A stretch of 64,000 nucleotides of DNA from the human T2T-CHM13v2.0 reference genome, Homo sapiens: the NCBI RefSeq assembly GCF_009914755.1, contig NC_060936.1; one strand, 5' to 3'. The number at the start of each line of letters is the position of its first letter. Position 1 is the stretch's first letter. A program made the translations under genes and the position numbers. This document shows, in pieces, positions 14,201 to 26,890 of the stretch. Below the pieces are notes generated by a model. It was not told where the DNA came from and did not search any database. It saw nothing but the letters and a program-made list of their open reading frames with translations.

Positions 14201-17200
14201 ATATTAGAGGTTTTCCCACTTCTGAGTGCTCAGAATCAGGCATTTTGCTCAATCAATTTCAAGGACGATTAGAAAAGTTCATCCAAGATCAAACGTCTTC
14301 TCTTTCTTTTTTTAAAAAAAAAGTCTGTAATGTTGAAGGGGGAACAAAGCCAAGTGTCCTCCTTCCCTGGGCTTGGGAATGGGGGGCTTGCTTCTGCCTC
14401 CCCTATTTACCCCCAACTCGAATGAGGCCTGTGAAAAGGGAGCTGCTCCTTCCCCAAGCTTCTCATTTCACCTGTAACAGTGGGGAGACACGCAGTGGCT
14501 GATAAGGATCCTCCAGGGAATTTTCTGGCTGTTAGACCAGGCCCAAGCCCTTCATGAACAGGCCATTCCCAGGGCCTCGGATTTCAGGATGAGGTGATTA
14601 GCAAGGGGGTTTCAGACCCGGCAGAGCCCTCTCCTGGCTGTGCATCTGCAGAACTAAGGAGCTGCTATGTCTGCAGCTGCTGGGAGCTGCAGCTTGCTCT
14701 GTCTCTGAGGGTCAGCGAGGGCGTGACAGAGGGTAACAGGCAGAACTGTTAGCAGACTGGCATTGCTTCTCAGTCTCAGTCTGTAGTGAAACTGAAGAGA
14801 AAGCTCTTCTGTGCTGGCTTCAAAGATGACAAGCAGAAGAATTCCACCTCTCTTTAGTATTCTGAAATTTTTTCCATGCTCTCTTCTTCCCACACACAAA
14901 ATCCTAGAATTGGAGAATTGCAATACACTAATATACTTTAAAAGCCTTTGGAGTACAGTTCTCCTCGTTTTACATATAGGGAAACAGTCATGAAAAGAGG
15001 GAGAGTGGCTTGCCACAGACCACACATTAAAGAGTGTCAGGGTGGGGATAAAAAGCTTTCTTACTTCTTACCCCTGAGAACCATCCCATTGATTCCCAAC
15101 ATCTGGTCATGAGCACAGAATTTTCATTATTTTTGGCATATCTGTAAACACCTGTGCTATTACTTAATACTTTTTCTTTAGCCAGATCCATTTTTTACTT
15201 AAATGCAGTTATTTTAAAAGGAAACTATGTCACTAATGCCTATGGAAAAGCAGCATTACTTGCCTTAAATATTGGAGACCAAAAGGCAAATGTGATTAAT
15301 GGAAAATGACATTGTGGAATGAGCTGGGTACTGTAGTCTGTTGAGGGTTCTTGTGTCAAGACCTATTTGGGGGATTACAGTAGGAGCTAAGAGTTTGAAA
15401 AGTGTTAACAAGATCCTGGCACCCGACCGACACATTCTCCTTGAAGGGAAGGAGGAGAATCGAAATGGAACATCCCTGCTAAAAACCACCAGTGCTCCTC
15501 CATGCACCAGCACAGTTTTCTCTGGATACCCATGGTACATGTTCTTCACTTTGGGGTCTCTGCCTTGGATCATGGTGTCTTCAGAAGGATGGTGGGCTCT
15601 TTGCCTTGCTGTTCTCCCTTCTCAAGGGTTAGGCTGCACAGATGCCGAAGGTAGACACAATAGTCCTTACACATTTCAAAAAATATGGACAATGTTTCCT
15701 ACGGAGGAACAAATTTTTCTGTCAGATGGTGAAATTTCTCACAATATTCTGGTTGAGAACATCCTTGAGAGGGAAGTAGGGTAAGGGAGAGTGATTAAGG
15801 ACATTTTGGGGTCAAGAGATAGCTAAGTGATTTTCTGTACACTAGATATCCTCCACCTCCCCTTTATCCACACCCCCGTATGCCACAGTGACACACATCA
15901 TTCTCAGTGATGATGGAAATGAACAGGATTCCCTGCTCATGGGAATAGCAAACAATCGCTCTGCATGTGGTCTGAGGCTCAGGAGTCCAGGTGAAATCAA
16001 GTCTGCCCAGTCCTGAGTTGTCCATCCTTTCACCACCTCCCCTCTTCTGTATTATCACCACAAGGAAAGAACCGTCAGCAAATTGTTCCTAAGCACCTGG
16101 CACTGTGCTAGGTGTTTGCACCTGCACTTACAGTGGCTTTGTGTGGTTGAGACAGGGTTCCTTTATATTAAAGGACAGCAAGGACATACATGCCACATAC
16201 AAGATGATGGGGGTCCCAGGAACATTCTGGGAGCCTGAGGAGGGAGTGAGGCCAGAAGCTCAATGCAGCAGGGAAGCTTTGTGGAGGAGGTAGGATTTTT
16301 GCAGAACTTCCTTCTCCCTATTTCCCCTGGTCTTCCTCCTTCCCCTCTTGCCCTTGTCCGGTTCGCACTGACAGCGGCCGGCGGGAGGGTTGGCTCTCAC
16401 TCCTGGATGTGGGCTGAACAAGCATCCCGGAAGCCTGCGGTGGTGGGAGGCTGGCCAGGTGGACAGCACCCACGCTGCTGCTTGTGGGATCCTCGAAGAC
16501 AGATTTACCAGTTGCCAAATTCTCCTTGTAGCCCACTCTCCTCCCTGAGGCCCCACACAGCAATTCCTGAGGCCTGGTGAGGGGAGGAGAGGGCTCAGAA
16601 AAGGCAGGTGAAACAGAATCACACACAAACTACAGAGACTCTGCAGGACCATCTCCAGCAGATTCCACCTCTGCCTCTACAACACCCCTCAGGCCAGAGG
16701 GAGAACACAGGCTGGCAGATCTGCAGTTTTCACTCCGCTGTGGCTCCTCCTTGCTCTACATCATTGTCTTGGAGGGTTAGGGAGCATCACAGGAAGCCTG
16801 TAGGGACAGCCCAGGCAATGGGGCCAAGGAAGCAGGTACCTTTCAAAAAGGCCAAAAGACGACAAAGAAAACTGTTGGGTGCAGGCAGGTGGGGCTGCCT
16901 CAACCCATGCCCAGCATGGGCTCTGTGAGCTGAGACCTCAGGGGTCAGGGTCACCCACTGCCAACTACACAACAAGTAAAGCGAATGAGGCCAGGGCACT
17001 GAAAATGCCTGAGGTTGTCTGTGCCTCCCAGAACCTACCTGTTGGCTCGCAAACCGTTGGGGTGTGATCTCACTGTACAAATGAGGAAATGCAGTAGTAA
17101 GCCAAGGGGACTTAGCCCAGTGTGACACAAAACATGAATGGTAAAAATCAAAAGTTGAACCTACTTCTCCCCCTTCTACATCCAGTTTGCCCAAATGCCT

Positions 17201-18444
17201 TTGGTAATTTGGGGTAAGGGGTGCAGTGGTGGGGAGACTGTTCAGATTGAAATAACAGTGAAATATTTCCAAGTGATATAGAATGGCCTGGGCCAGACTG
17301 AGCCACCTCTGGCTGTTCTGTGGTTGCTTGGGTCATGGGTTACACACAAGGTCTGGCTGTTGTGACCTCCGTCCCATGTGCCCCGAAGGTGGGATTCTTG
17401 TTCCACCACTGTGAACACTGCCTGCAAAGCTGGGGGCTCCTGGCCCTACTGCCCGTGGTCCCTGGTGGGCCATCTGAAGGCCATCCCACTGGGATCTTCC
17501 CTGTATTTACCGGCAAGCCCAGCTCTGAGCTGGAATGTGGACACTCAGAGGATGGGCTGGGGGAACAGTCAGAAGATGACATCTGATACTCAGCAGGACT
17601 CAGGGAGAAATCACCAAGCTGGGTGATAAAGTGGATGTAGTTTGCTTGTTGGCACGAGTGGAACCCAGGGCTAGGCATCTGGAACTCCCCACACCTTGAA
17701 TCCCCTACCGACCTGTAAACAGTAGGTAGCAAACTCATTGGCACTGATAATCTGAGTGTGGTTTAGCAGCCCATGAGGTGGTTTAATAGAAAGATCACCA
17801 GCAGGGGAGGCAGGAGACCTGGACCTCTGTCCCAGCTCTGCCAGCAGCTTTTTTGCCAACAGTGACCTTGGACAAGTCACTTGCTCTCTCTGGGTATCTT
17901 TATTTCATGTATCATTAAAGGATGGGACTGGATAAAATCCATAGTCTCTCCCAGTTTTGGGGAAAACGTCTCACACGCCACTAATGCAGAAGATTCTATT
18001 GATCATACGCTGTGGGAGCTTGCTGGTATCAGAAGTGGGCACTGTTGGCCACTGAGCCTCAGTTTTCTCAGCTGCTGCATTTACCAGTTTTGTATGAAGA
18101 TCTCTATTCCAGACTTGGAAGGAAAATGACAGAATGAAGTAAGGTGGGTGGAGCAGAGGGAAAAGATAAAGAGGGAAAATGGTGAAAATACAAAAGTAGA
18201 TACAGTGTTGAAGAGACAGGAAAAGTGAAAAAACTCAAGAAAAGGGTAGTCAGCTATGTCTGTGAAGGAATCACAGAACATTGACTATCAACGGAATACA
18301 CAAGCCTGTCTCTTTTGTTTCTCTGCCGTTCAGTGCGGCTGCATCTGCTCTATGCAAGTTTGATGGTTGTCAGTATGATAGATAAACATTAACTGAAGAA
18401 ATTCCTCTGTGACCAGCACTGTACTTGGGAAATATAGGGGTTCC

Positions 18445-19553
18445 CAGGAGTTCATCTAGGTTTTGATAAGCATAAGCTCACATGATTGCAGAAAAAGAAT
18501 GTAAAAACTCTACAAGCAGAATTAAGTAAAAAACATATTTATTTTGCACGATAAAAAAAATCACAACAAAGTAAACATTTTAAAAAGCTGACATCTACAA
18601 CAAACATTCCCAAATTCAGGAAAATAATGACATTTTTATTAATTAACTTCCAACACAGTGCTTTTTTCTCTACATTCTCTTCAATCACCTCCTCCTATGG
18701 CAACAACTTTATAAAACCATTTTTTTGTATAGAGAGAGGAAAGATAATTCAGTCTTTCCTTAATTGAAATTTGTTTTTTTAAGAGCAATAATCAGGATGC
18801 ACAAAACATTTGATTTCACACAACAAAAGGACTCACTGTTTGTAGTACTGTTAAGTTTAGGCCCTACAAATAGAGGAATTTTAATCCGTTTTGGTTTTGT
18901 CTGACTCCTGTCATAAAGGAAAAATGTATGTTGTACTTATAATGATATATTTGCATTGTCAAATGTATTTCTTATGGGAAGGAATTTCCATTTTGATGAG
19001 GAATCAATGAGAACAGACCTCTTGGAATGCAACTGCCCATATCTGAGCATCAGAATAGTCTTTTCCACAGACTAGCTTTTGTTCCTTCAATTCTAACTTT
19101 GCTTCTCACCCACTCCCCACAGTCTTCAGGCGAAGAAGCCACAGGATGTGTGCATATCACAATCTCACCTCTGGTCCTACAATTTTGGCCTCAGCATGAG
19201 GAGAATCACACAGTGTGTAGGGCACATTTTCCTGGAAGCCATTCTTCCACTGGAGTAGCTAGGAACCCTGTAACTGACTAAAAGCACCCTTAGCTCTGTC
19301 CTAAAAATGTCTAGGGCTACTCCATTGCCCCCTCATATGAAGGGGAGTGCGAAGGAGGGAAAGTTGGGGTTAGAGGGATGCAATATCTTAACAAATTGTA
19401 ATGAAAATATTTTACTCCCACAAAATTTTCAAACCCATGTCACCATGTGAGAACATTTTTAGGACCTCTCCCTGGAAGGGCCTTGGAAGGGGCCAGTGCA
19501 ATAAGGGTCCTTGAACTTGAGGCTTCATTAGCTTCTTGAAAGCTCTGCCTCTG
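18445..19553 (-). mobile_element. Zaphod-type hAT-Tip100 DNA transposon, internally deleted
   Basis: Minus strand begins CAGAGGCAGAGCTTTCAAGAAGCTAATGAAGCCTCAAG...GGCCCCTTCCAAGGCCC and later AGCTAGTCTGTGGAAAAG, matching the recalled Zaphod 5' end; the left end resembles the opposite terminus. Confidence 0.75.
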
Positions 19554-19859
19554 GGGTTTGGAGACACCTGTGAGACTTGTTTTCTCTCCTCATGTTCTGC
19601 AGTTGTCCTTAGTCACTCATTCTGCTCCTAACAACAATCAATAATGCATGTACAACACTCCAGCTTCATCTCTCCCATCAAACTTGAACTCATTCCTTTG
19701 GACAAGGCTCTATTCTTCAAGAAGTCTGGTTTGTGATGGTCATTTACATGAACTTTACTGAGAAAACAGGTACATGAAGTGACTATAAGGGCAAATTCAC
19801 TGCTAAAAGTGTATTGTAAATTGATAAACTAAAAATTTGGCTTTAATTACATTTATTTT

Positions 19860-20240
19860 ATAGATTTGAATATATCCTAAATGTCCAACAATAGAGAACT
19901 GGTTAATTATGCCAATGTTCCACTAGCATATTTTCCAGTTATTTAGTGTAATTTTTGTGGACATGTATTGTTGGCCCGAGAAGCTTTCCCTTATAAGTTA
20001 AATAAATTTTCATAAAACATATTGTAAAGGCATAATCTCACCTTTAAATTTAAAAATATATATGTGTATCGATCTATCTGTGACTCTGTCTATATCTATA
20101 TCTAAATTGCTGTAGGAAAAATTAAGAATAGAAAAATGTCTGGAAGGTTCTAGATCTTGATATGAGTAAGAGTAGTTGCTCTGGAAAGATAATAGTGAAA
20201 TTTTCTTGCTTATTATTTTATTTTTCTATAATGATTACAT
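19860..20240 (+). mobile_element. Old L1 (L1ME-like) 3' end
   Basis: cctaaatgtccaacaatagagaactggttaattatg...aaaaatgtctggaagg...agtagttgctctgga. Confidence 0.5.
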
Positions 20241-20249
20241 CGTTGTTTC

Positions 20250-20530
20250 TCTTTTGAAGAGTCTGTTGCCTAGGCTAGAGTGCAGTGGCTCAATCACAAC
20301 TCGCTGCAACCTCGATCTCCCAGTCTCAAATGATCTGCCCACTTCAGCCTCCTGAGTAGCTTGAGACTACAGGTGTTCATCACTACGCCCAGGACAATTA
20401 AAAAAAAAATTTGTAGGGATGGGGTCTCTCTATGTTTTCCAGGCTGGTCTTGAACTCCTGGACTCAAGCGATCTTCCTGCCTTGGCATCCCACAGTTGAG
20501 ATTACAGATGTGAGCTACTGCATCCAGCCT
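20250..20530 (-). mobile_element. AluJ
   Basis: gagtgcagtggctcaatcacaactc, gaactcctggactcaagcgatcttcc; highly diverged. Confidence 0.88.
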
Positions 20531-21142
20531 AATGACTATGTTCCTATTATATTGTAATAATAAAACTATAGATAGAATTTTTTAAGTGTATAGTATTTTT
20601 AAAAACTCAAGTAGCTTCTCTCTTTCCTTACTTAGCCAGGTGCAAGTTGATAAAAGAATTCTGGAAATTGAAGGCCAAGGAAGAGTGACTCAAAAATAAG
20701 AAGCAGGCTGAAAAGTAAGTGTGTGTATGAGAGGGGGAGAGAGACAAAGAGAGGGGGAGAGAATGTGTTTGTGGGGAGCATATATTCATCTGTGGGCTGT
20801 GCAAGTAGATATTCTGCATTCATTCCTAACAACTAGTTTAGCTCTGCCTGTCACATCAGTGAATCCTGCTGAAATGTCTGCAGCTACCATTTTGATTCAG
20901 TGTCTCAGTCCATTTTACAAGCCAGAGTCTTAGGAGGGGAGTCAAAAAGATCCCATCAGGATTTGATGGGGCACATTTCTCCATGTGAAAGTAGTTGCCT
21001 TTCTCTTTGCCCACTCTGAGGGTCTTTGGAGATAGGATGAAGAGCAGAGTCACCCTCACTCTCCTGACGTCCTACATGAAATCCTATGAAAGGAGGTGCT
21101 GCTAGATTTGAGATGCCAAAATGAAAAAGAGGAAAATGCAAA

Positions 21143-21254
21143 TAAATGACTTCCACTTCCCCTCCCATCATCCTGACCCTAAACTCAAACCCCTTCTTTA
21201 AATGACTTCCACTTCCCCTCCCATCATCCTGACCCTAAACTCAAACCCCTTCTT
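21143..21254. repeat. Perfect 56-bp tandem duplication in unique sequence
   Basis: TAAATGACTTCCACTTCCCCTCCCATCATCCTGACCCTAAACTCAAACCCCTTCTT at 21143-21198 and 21199-21254. Confidence 0.97.
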
Positions 21255-21990
21255 GAGCACCTTTGCCAGCCCAGGGAAGCCATTCAGTGTCCACTTTCTA
21301 AGAATGTCTTGAAGCCCACTCCCCACCACACACATACACAACAATCCCCTCCCACATCCAGAAGATCCACTCCTGGAGGGCAAGTCCAGTTCAGAGGACA
21401 GGGCTATGACACACAATGGGAAGCCCACCCCTCCCCTTCCCCAGGTGTCTATGGTTTCTGGCAGGCTCTCTCCAGAAAGGAAAAACGGAAGGTGTCTCCA
21501 TCTGGAGTCCTTCCCCAGCCCTTCTTGTACCAGGCTGTGTTCTCCCACAGTGAGCACGCAGGACTTGGGCTGAGGCTCTCCTCACAGGTCTGCCTGATGT
21601 GTTGACCAGGACGTGTTCAACTCTGTGGGTTTCCCAGTCACTGGAAGCCAGTAGGGTTCTGCCTTTGACAGTGCTGTTGGTGGGAATAGGAGAAATAATC
21701 CGAGTCTGGCTGTGCTCAGGGCTTTCTCAGTCACCCAGGGAGCCTTCAAATCATGGTGGTCCCTCAATCAAGTGGGGTGAGATTATTTTACCTCCTCTAG
21801 CCCATCAGCACATGTGCATTAATTCACGAAATAGTTGTTGAGTCTCTGTTCTACCCCAGGTACTGTACTTGGCCCTGGAGAAACAGCAGAAAACAACATA
21901 GTAGAGACTGTTCTGTGTTCCAAGGCTCCCCATTTGCTCTGTATGGATTGGAGGACACATGCGTAATGCTTGTTCCCCAAGAACCCTGTT

Positions 21991-22002
21991 AGTTCAAGGT
22001 CA
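21991..22002 (+). promoter_or_regulatory. Nuclear-receptor DR0 / NR5A-ESRR site AGTTCAAGGTCA
   Basis: Exact motif match; function untested. Confidence 0.4.
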
Positions 22003-23096
22003 CCAGGTTCTCCCAGTCACCACCACCCTTGCTGGGGGAAGTAAGGTATGGTGATGGATAGGGGACCTTTTTTCTATCTTCATCACACTCCTTGCCTCTC
22101 CTCCACTGTCCTACTGCCCTGCAGAGTATATGAAGAAATCCCAGGACATTTAGCCAAGATTCCTCTCCCAAAGTGGGCAGCTACCCATAGCTACACACAT
22201 AATGCCACAATTATCCATTCTTGTGGGCTGACCTAAGTGGATCTTTTATGAAGTCCTCAGGTCAGAGAAGATGAGTTGGGTTGAAGTTTTAAGGGGATAC
22301 TTGTATTATTCCTTTGGGTAGATTCTTGATCTCATCCTTGCTTTCTCCCAGATCACGTGAATCTCTCCCCATCAACTTTCAGTTTATTTCAGAAATTCCT
22401 CCTCCTCTGAGGAGCGCTCTGGGACTAACATTCCAGAAGAAGCTATACTCTGACTTCACTTATTGAGGTTCACCTCCTGAGCCACATTCTGCCTCTGCAG
22501 GCTAAGTAGGGGCTCAGAGGGAGAGACTGGCACTACAGCTATCTCCTTCATATTGGACTGTTCTCGCAGCAATTACAAATCACATCGAGAATGACATTTA
22601 TCGGGATATGACACATCAGTTCCAAATTTCAAGAGGAAAATCTCAATACATTTAAAGTATTATTATTTTGTGAAAGAGAAGCAACCCTCATCTTCACTTT
22701 CCTTGAAGCTGAGGTCTGTCTGTGGTCAATGACAGAAGAGTGAAAGTCTTATATTGTCTGGTCACGCAGTGGTTTAGGGCCCTCAGTTCAAGTCAGAGTG
22801 GGGGCAATCCACATCTCACAGGGTGATTTGTAGAGCAAATGTCTATCTGACATCTTAGAGTACAATTTTTAGAAGCTGCTGTTCTTTTTGCAATGAATAA
22901 GCAGGACTCTGTTTTACCTTTTTGATTTATAAAATATTTCTTCTTTGGTTCATTGTAAAGACATTGGAGAATTCCACAAAGAATATATGCCAAAACATTT
23001 GCCACAATCCCCCCACCTGAGATAATGCTTGCTGTGTTCATGCACAAGCACAGCAACTCTTTCCTCTACACACGTGCAGACATGTTAATTAATGGT

Positions 23097-23108
23097 AGGT
23101 CAAGGTCA
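23097..23108 (+). promoter_or_regulatory. Perfect nuclear-receptor DR0 AGGTCAAGGTCA
   Basis: Exact motif match, next to E-box CACGTG (23071-23076) and TTAATTAA (23085-23092). Confidence 0.4.
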
Positions 23109-23139
23109 AATCCCTCCCTTCACAGTTAAATTCACTGGC

Positions 23140-23395
23140 AACAGGATGGTTAGAACGGCATAGTAACCCGCCATGTGGTTATACTATAACCGAATTAACC
23201 ATTCCCCCATTGTTGCTGACTTAGGGTGGCTTCCAAAGTTTCAATATTGCCAATGTTATAAATATGACCACAACAACCTGAAGAACAGATCTTTATGAAC
23301 AGCTTTGATTGTTTCCTTCAAATTCATTCCTAGAAGTAAAATGACTCGGTCAAAGGGAATAGACATCTTTACAGCTTTGCACACATCTTGTGAAG
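23140..23395 (-). mobile_element. Old L1ME fragment
   Basis: ttaaccattcccccattgttgctgacttagggtggcttcca...attcctagaagtaaaatgactcggtcaaaggg. Confidence 0.5.
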
Positions 23396-24254
23396 TTCCA
23401 AGAGGCCCTCATTTACTGTGTGTGCGGCAGCGGGGAGGGAGTGAGATACAGTCAGCTCTGGAGCACTCCAGGAGGAAGGTGGGGTGGAGAGACACTGATA
23501 TTGACCACCCTTTCCTACCAGATGGCCAGTGTCAAATAGGGCTCTTGAGCTCAATGGAAGGTGGAAGCAGGGAAGAAATTAGCCGAGCTGCCCACTAAAT
23601 CCCTCAAGAAAGACAGGGCTCTGGTAATGGCATGAGGCTTGGAGCTCAGACATTCTGAGCATTAGAAACTCCCAATCCCTGTGCTTGAACCACCACCAAG
23701 ACACTGGGCAAGATCTGGAAAAATGTGGCCTGAGGGGGCTGCTGCACACATTACCACCTGTTAAATCCCAACAACCAGAGGTTCAGGGAGACTCTTCCCT
23801 GGTCCTGAGAAGCCAGAGGAACATCAGAGTCTTCTCGGAATTGCCTTGGCTTATTTTTCCCTGGTCACTCTCCCTCCGTGGATGCCACTCTAAGGATCAG
23901 CTCAGGGAAGGCATCGCTCTCTCTATTCCTCTCAAATTTCAGGATCTCTTTGTATCTATTTAATTCATTTATCCAACAACATATATTGGACAGGGTCTGT
24001 TTTATACCAGGTACTGTGCAAAACCTAAGGGTTAGAACGACTAATAAGAAATAATTAAGAGTCTATTGATAAATATCAACATGTCGGTTGATTTGCAGAT
24101 CACTAAAATATAGTTGGTAATTTCTGTTTCTTTCACAAAAATTCTTGGAGTAATACCTGGCAAGTTGTGGGCAGTTGAAAAATGTTTGATGACTGAATCA
24201 TGCATTCAGTGGGATGTGTTCGTTAAGTACAATCATCTAGGGGAACTTCACAAA

Positions 24255-24775
24255 AGCTTTATTTCAAGGTATAATTTATGTATTATAAAATGCATTAAGT
24301 GTATAATTAAATAGTTTTTAGTATATTTACAGAGCAGTGCAGCTATCACTGCAATTTACTCTTAGGACTTTCCATCACCCCCAAAAGAAACCTCCTTCCC
24401 ATTTGTAGTTACTCCCATCCCCCACTGCCCCCAGTCTTGGGCTATCACTAAGCTACTTTCTATCTCTATAGATTTGCCTACTCTGAATATTTCATGTAAG
24501 TGGAACTCTACAGTAGGCAGTGTGTTGTGTCTGGCATTTCCCCTGATCATAATATTTTTGAAGTTCTTCTGTGCTATAGCATGTATTAGTATTTTATTCC
24601 TTTTAATTGTGAATAACATCCTGTTGTGTAAATATACCACATTTTGTTCATTTGTTGATGGATAATTGGGTAGTTTCCAGTTTTTGGCTAATCTAAATAA
24701 TGCTGCTATGAACATTCATGTACAGATCTTTGTGCGGACATATGTTTTCATTTCTCTTGGAATTGCTGGGTCATA
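24255..24775 (-). mobile_element. L1MB 3' end
   Basis: ttccatcacccccaaaagaaacc, ctactttctatctctatagatttgcctactctg; ORF 24362-24715 begins MFIAALFRLAKNWK (L1 ORF2 C-terminus). Confidence 0.85.
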
Positions 24776-26309
24776 CAGGAATACTTTTTGATCAAAGACT
24801 TAAGGAGACATTTACGGAAGGAGGACTTTGCTTGGCTAGATGAAACTAAAATATATCTAAGGTTCATAATCAGATACACACGTTGTGGCTGTCCCTGGCC
24901 CTTTCCTAATGGAGGCAAAGCCATGAGATTGTATCTCCCTTTTTCCATACTTCTCTTCAGATAAGAGATGTTGTATATGCTATTTTAATACCTATTTTTT
25001 CACTTAGTATATTCTGATGATTTTTCTGTTTTTACATTCTTTATATCTAATGGTTGTACATTCTTCAACAGTGATGATGAGTTTTAATTTATTTAAATTA
25101 TTATCATTGGACATATTTATTTGTTCCCAAATATTTTCGCAGTTGTTAAAAAATGTGCAGTGAGCATGGCTAAATTAATTTTACCCATAATAGTCAGAAT
25201 TTTCAGAGAATATGTGAAAATATTTTTTCAAAGGATGTTTTGAGTGCTTTGGTTGATAATGACAATTGCTCTTTAGAAAGTTTAACATAGAATATACTTC
25301 TGCCAGTTGTGTATGTGAGCAATTAGCCCCCACATTTCCAATAAAACTGGGTCTTATCCTAAGAAGAAGCAAATAAAAACCAAAATGTACCCATAGGCAG
25401 GAAATGGCATCTTTTGGAATTAAGCTATATTCTTTGATAACTCTGATATCAGCAGATGCTGATAACTTTTCATATAATCATGAACTATTTAGATTTTCTT
25501 TTCTGGGCACCCACACCCACACTATTCTAGGGAAGCGTTAGGATCTTCCTTCCCATTACTCCCCAACCTGCTGCTCTGCCCAGCAGGCAAAACTAGAAAC
25601 CCCTTTCCTTTACTAGCACCTTGGGTAGAGGGCTTGTGGAATGACAGGTGGATGCTGCTCCACCTGCCACTACAGTAAGACCATGAGGCCCACTCCCAGG
25701 GCATAGGAAATATCTTCTGCTGCCCACAGACTGCCTGGTACCCACTGAGGTTGACTCAACTGACATCTAAACCGCAAAGGTCCCAACTCGGTTGGATCGA
25801 GTTTTATGACAGGATGAAAGTGAGGGCTTTGGAGCCCATGTTTTGGCACTAGGCTCCTTTATCGGAAGGGCCAGCATGTGGGTGGGGATGACCAACTGTT
25901 CTTCTTTCCCCTTGGAAGCAGGGCAAAGGAAGCGAGATCAAATTATAACAGAAGGGATGCCAGTTAGACAAGAGAAAGAACTTATTGCCAAGGAAGCTTG
26001 GGGAGTGCTGCACCTATGGAAATCTTTGATGAATGTGAGCTCTCTGTGGTTTAATTGGATCCCTGCCTGGGGGTAGAGGATTAGCCTTGGCCTGGGCCTA
26101 AGGTGATAAGCTGTGGCTTAGCTCATGAGCACCCAGCTTCCTGCATGCCTACTACCACCTGGCAGCTTGAGGATCTTTCTTGGGACTATGACTTGAGAGA
26201 TACAGCACACTTTGGGTCTCTCCACCCCATCTTAGCATAAACAATGTAATCTGAGATTAGGTTTCTAGAAAATAAACAGCAAAGGAGAAGTGAAGTTACA
26301 TGATTCAAG

Positions 26310-26480
26310 GCTAATTATTTGTCAGGCTCTGGGCTAGGTGCTTTAAAGACTATATAAAATGTTTATAATGGCAGATAAGGAAACTGAGGCACAAAAAAGT
26401 ATGACTGGCCCAGGATCACACATTAAGTTACACCGCTGCTGTCCACACCCAGACATGTTTTGGCTCCAGTGTTCCTCTTC
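26310..26480 (-). mobile_element. MIR
   Basis: gcagataaggaaactgaggcacaaaaaagtatgactggcccaggatcacac. Confidence 0.65.
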
Positions 26481-26714
26481 ACAGAACCGTATTACTGTGG
26501 AAGAAACTTCACTGCAGGAGGGGAGGGTATTCAGGAGTGTAAACTATGGACCATGGACAACCACCCAACAATTGTCTTGACCATCTTAGTCTTCCCGGAG
26601 TCTTAAGTCCATTTTTCTGATCCAGGTGGAGCAAACTTTGCATGGGTTTCCTGGGTCTGGACTTTTTTCTGGTCTCCTTGTCTTTTGGTTTCTCAGCCCT
26701 AATCATTCTCTGTT

Positions 26715-26890
26715 CTAGGTGACTTTCGGCGCATTAGTAAATTTCTCTGTGGTTCCATTTCTTCTTCTGTAAGATGGGGACAAAAATATAGCATGTTTCT
26801 CACAGTTTGGTTATAAAGATTAAATAATTAATAGGTTAAAGCACTTAAAATAATATCTGGAATAATGCATTCCAAAATGTTAGTTTTTAT
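26715..26890 (+). mobile_element. MIR
   Basis: gtgactttcgg...ttctctgtggttccatttcttcttctgtaagatgggga...aaagcacttaaaat. Confidence 0.65.

Noticed and set aside
15100-15330. AT-rich segment resembling an old hAT-Charlie DNA transposon
   Set aside because: Resemblance too weak to assign a family or boundaries without alignment.
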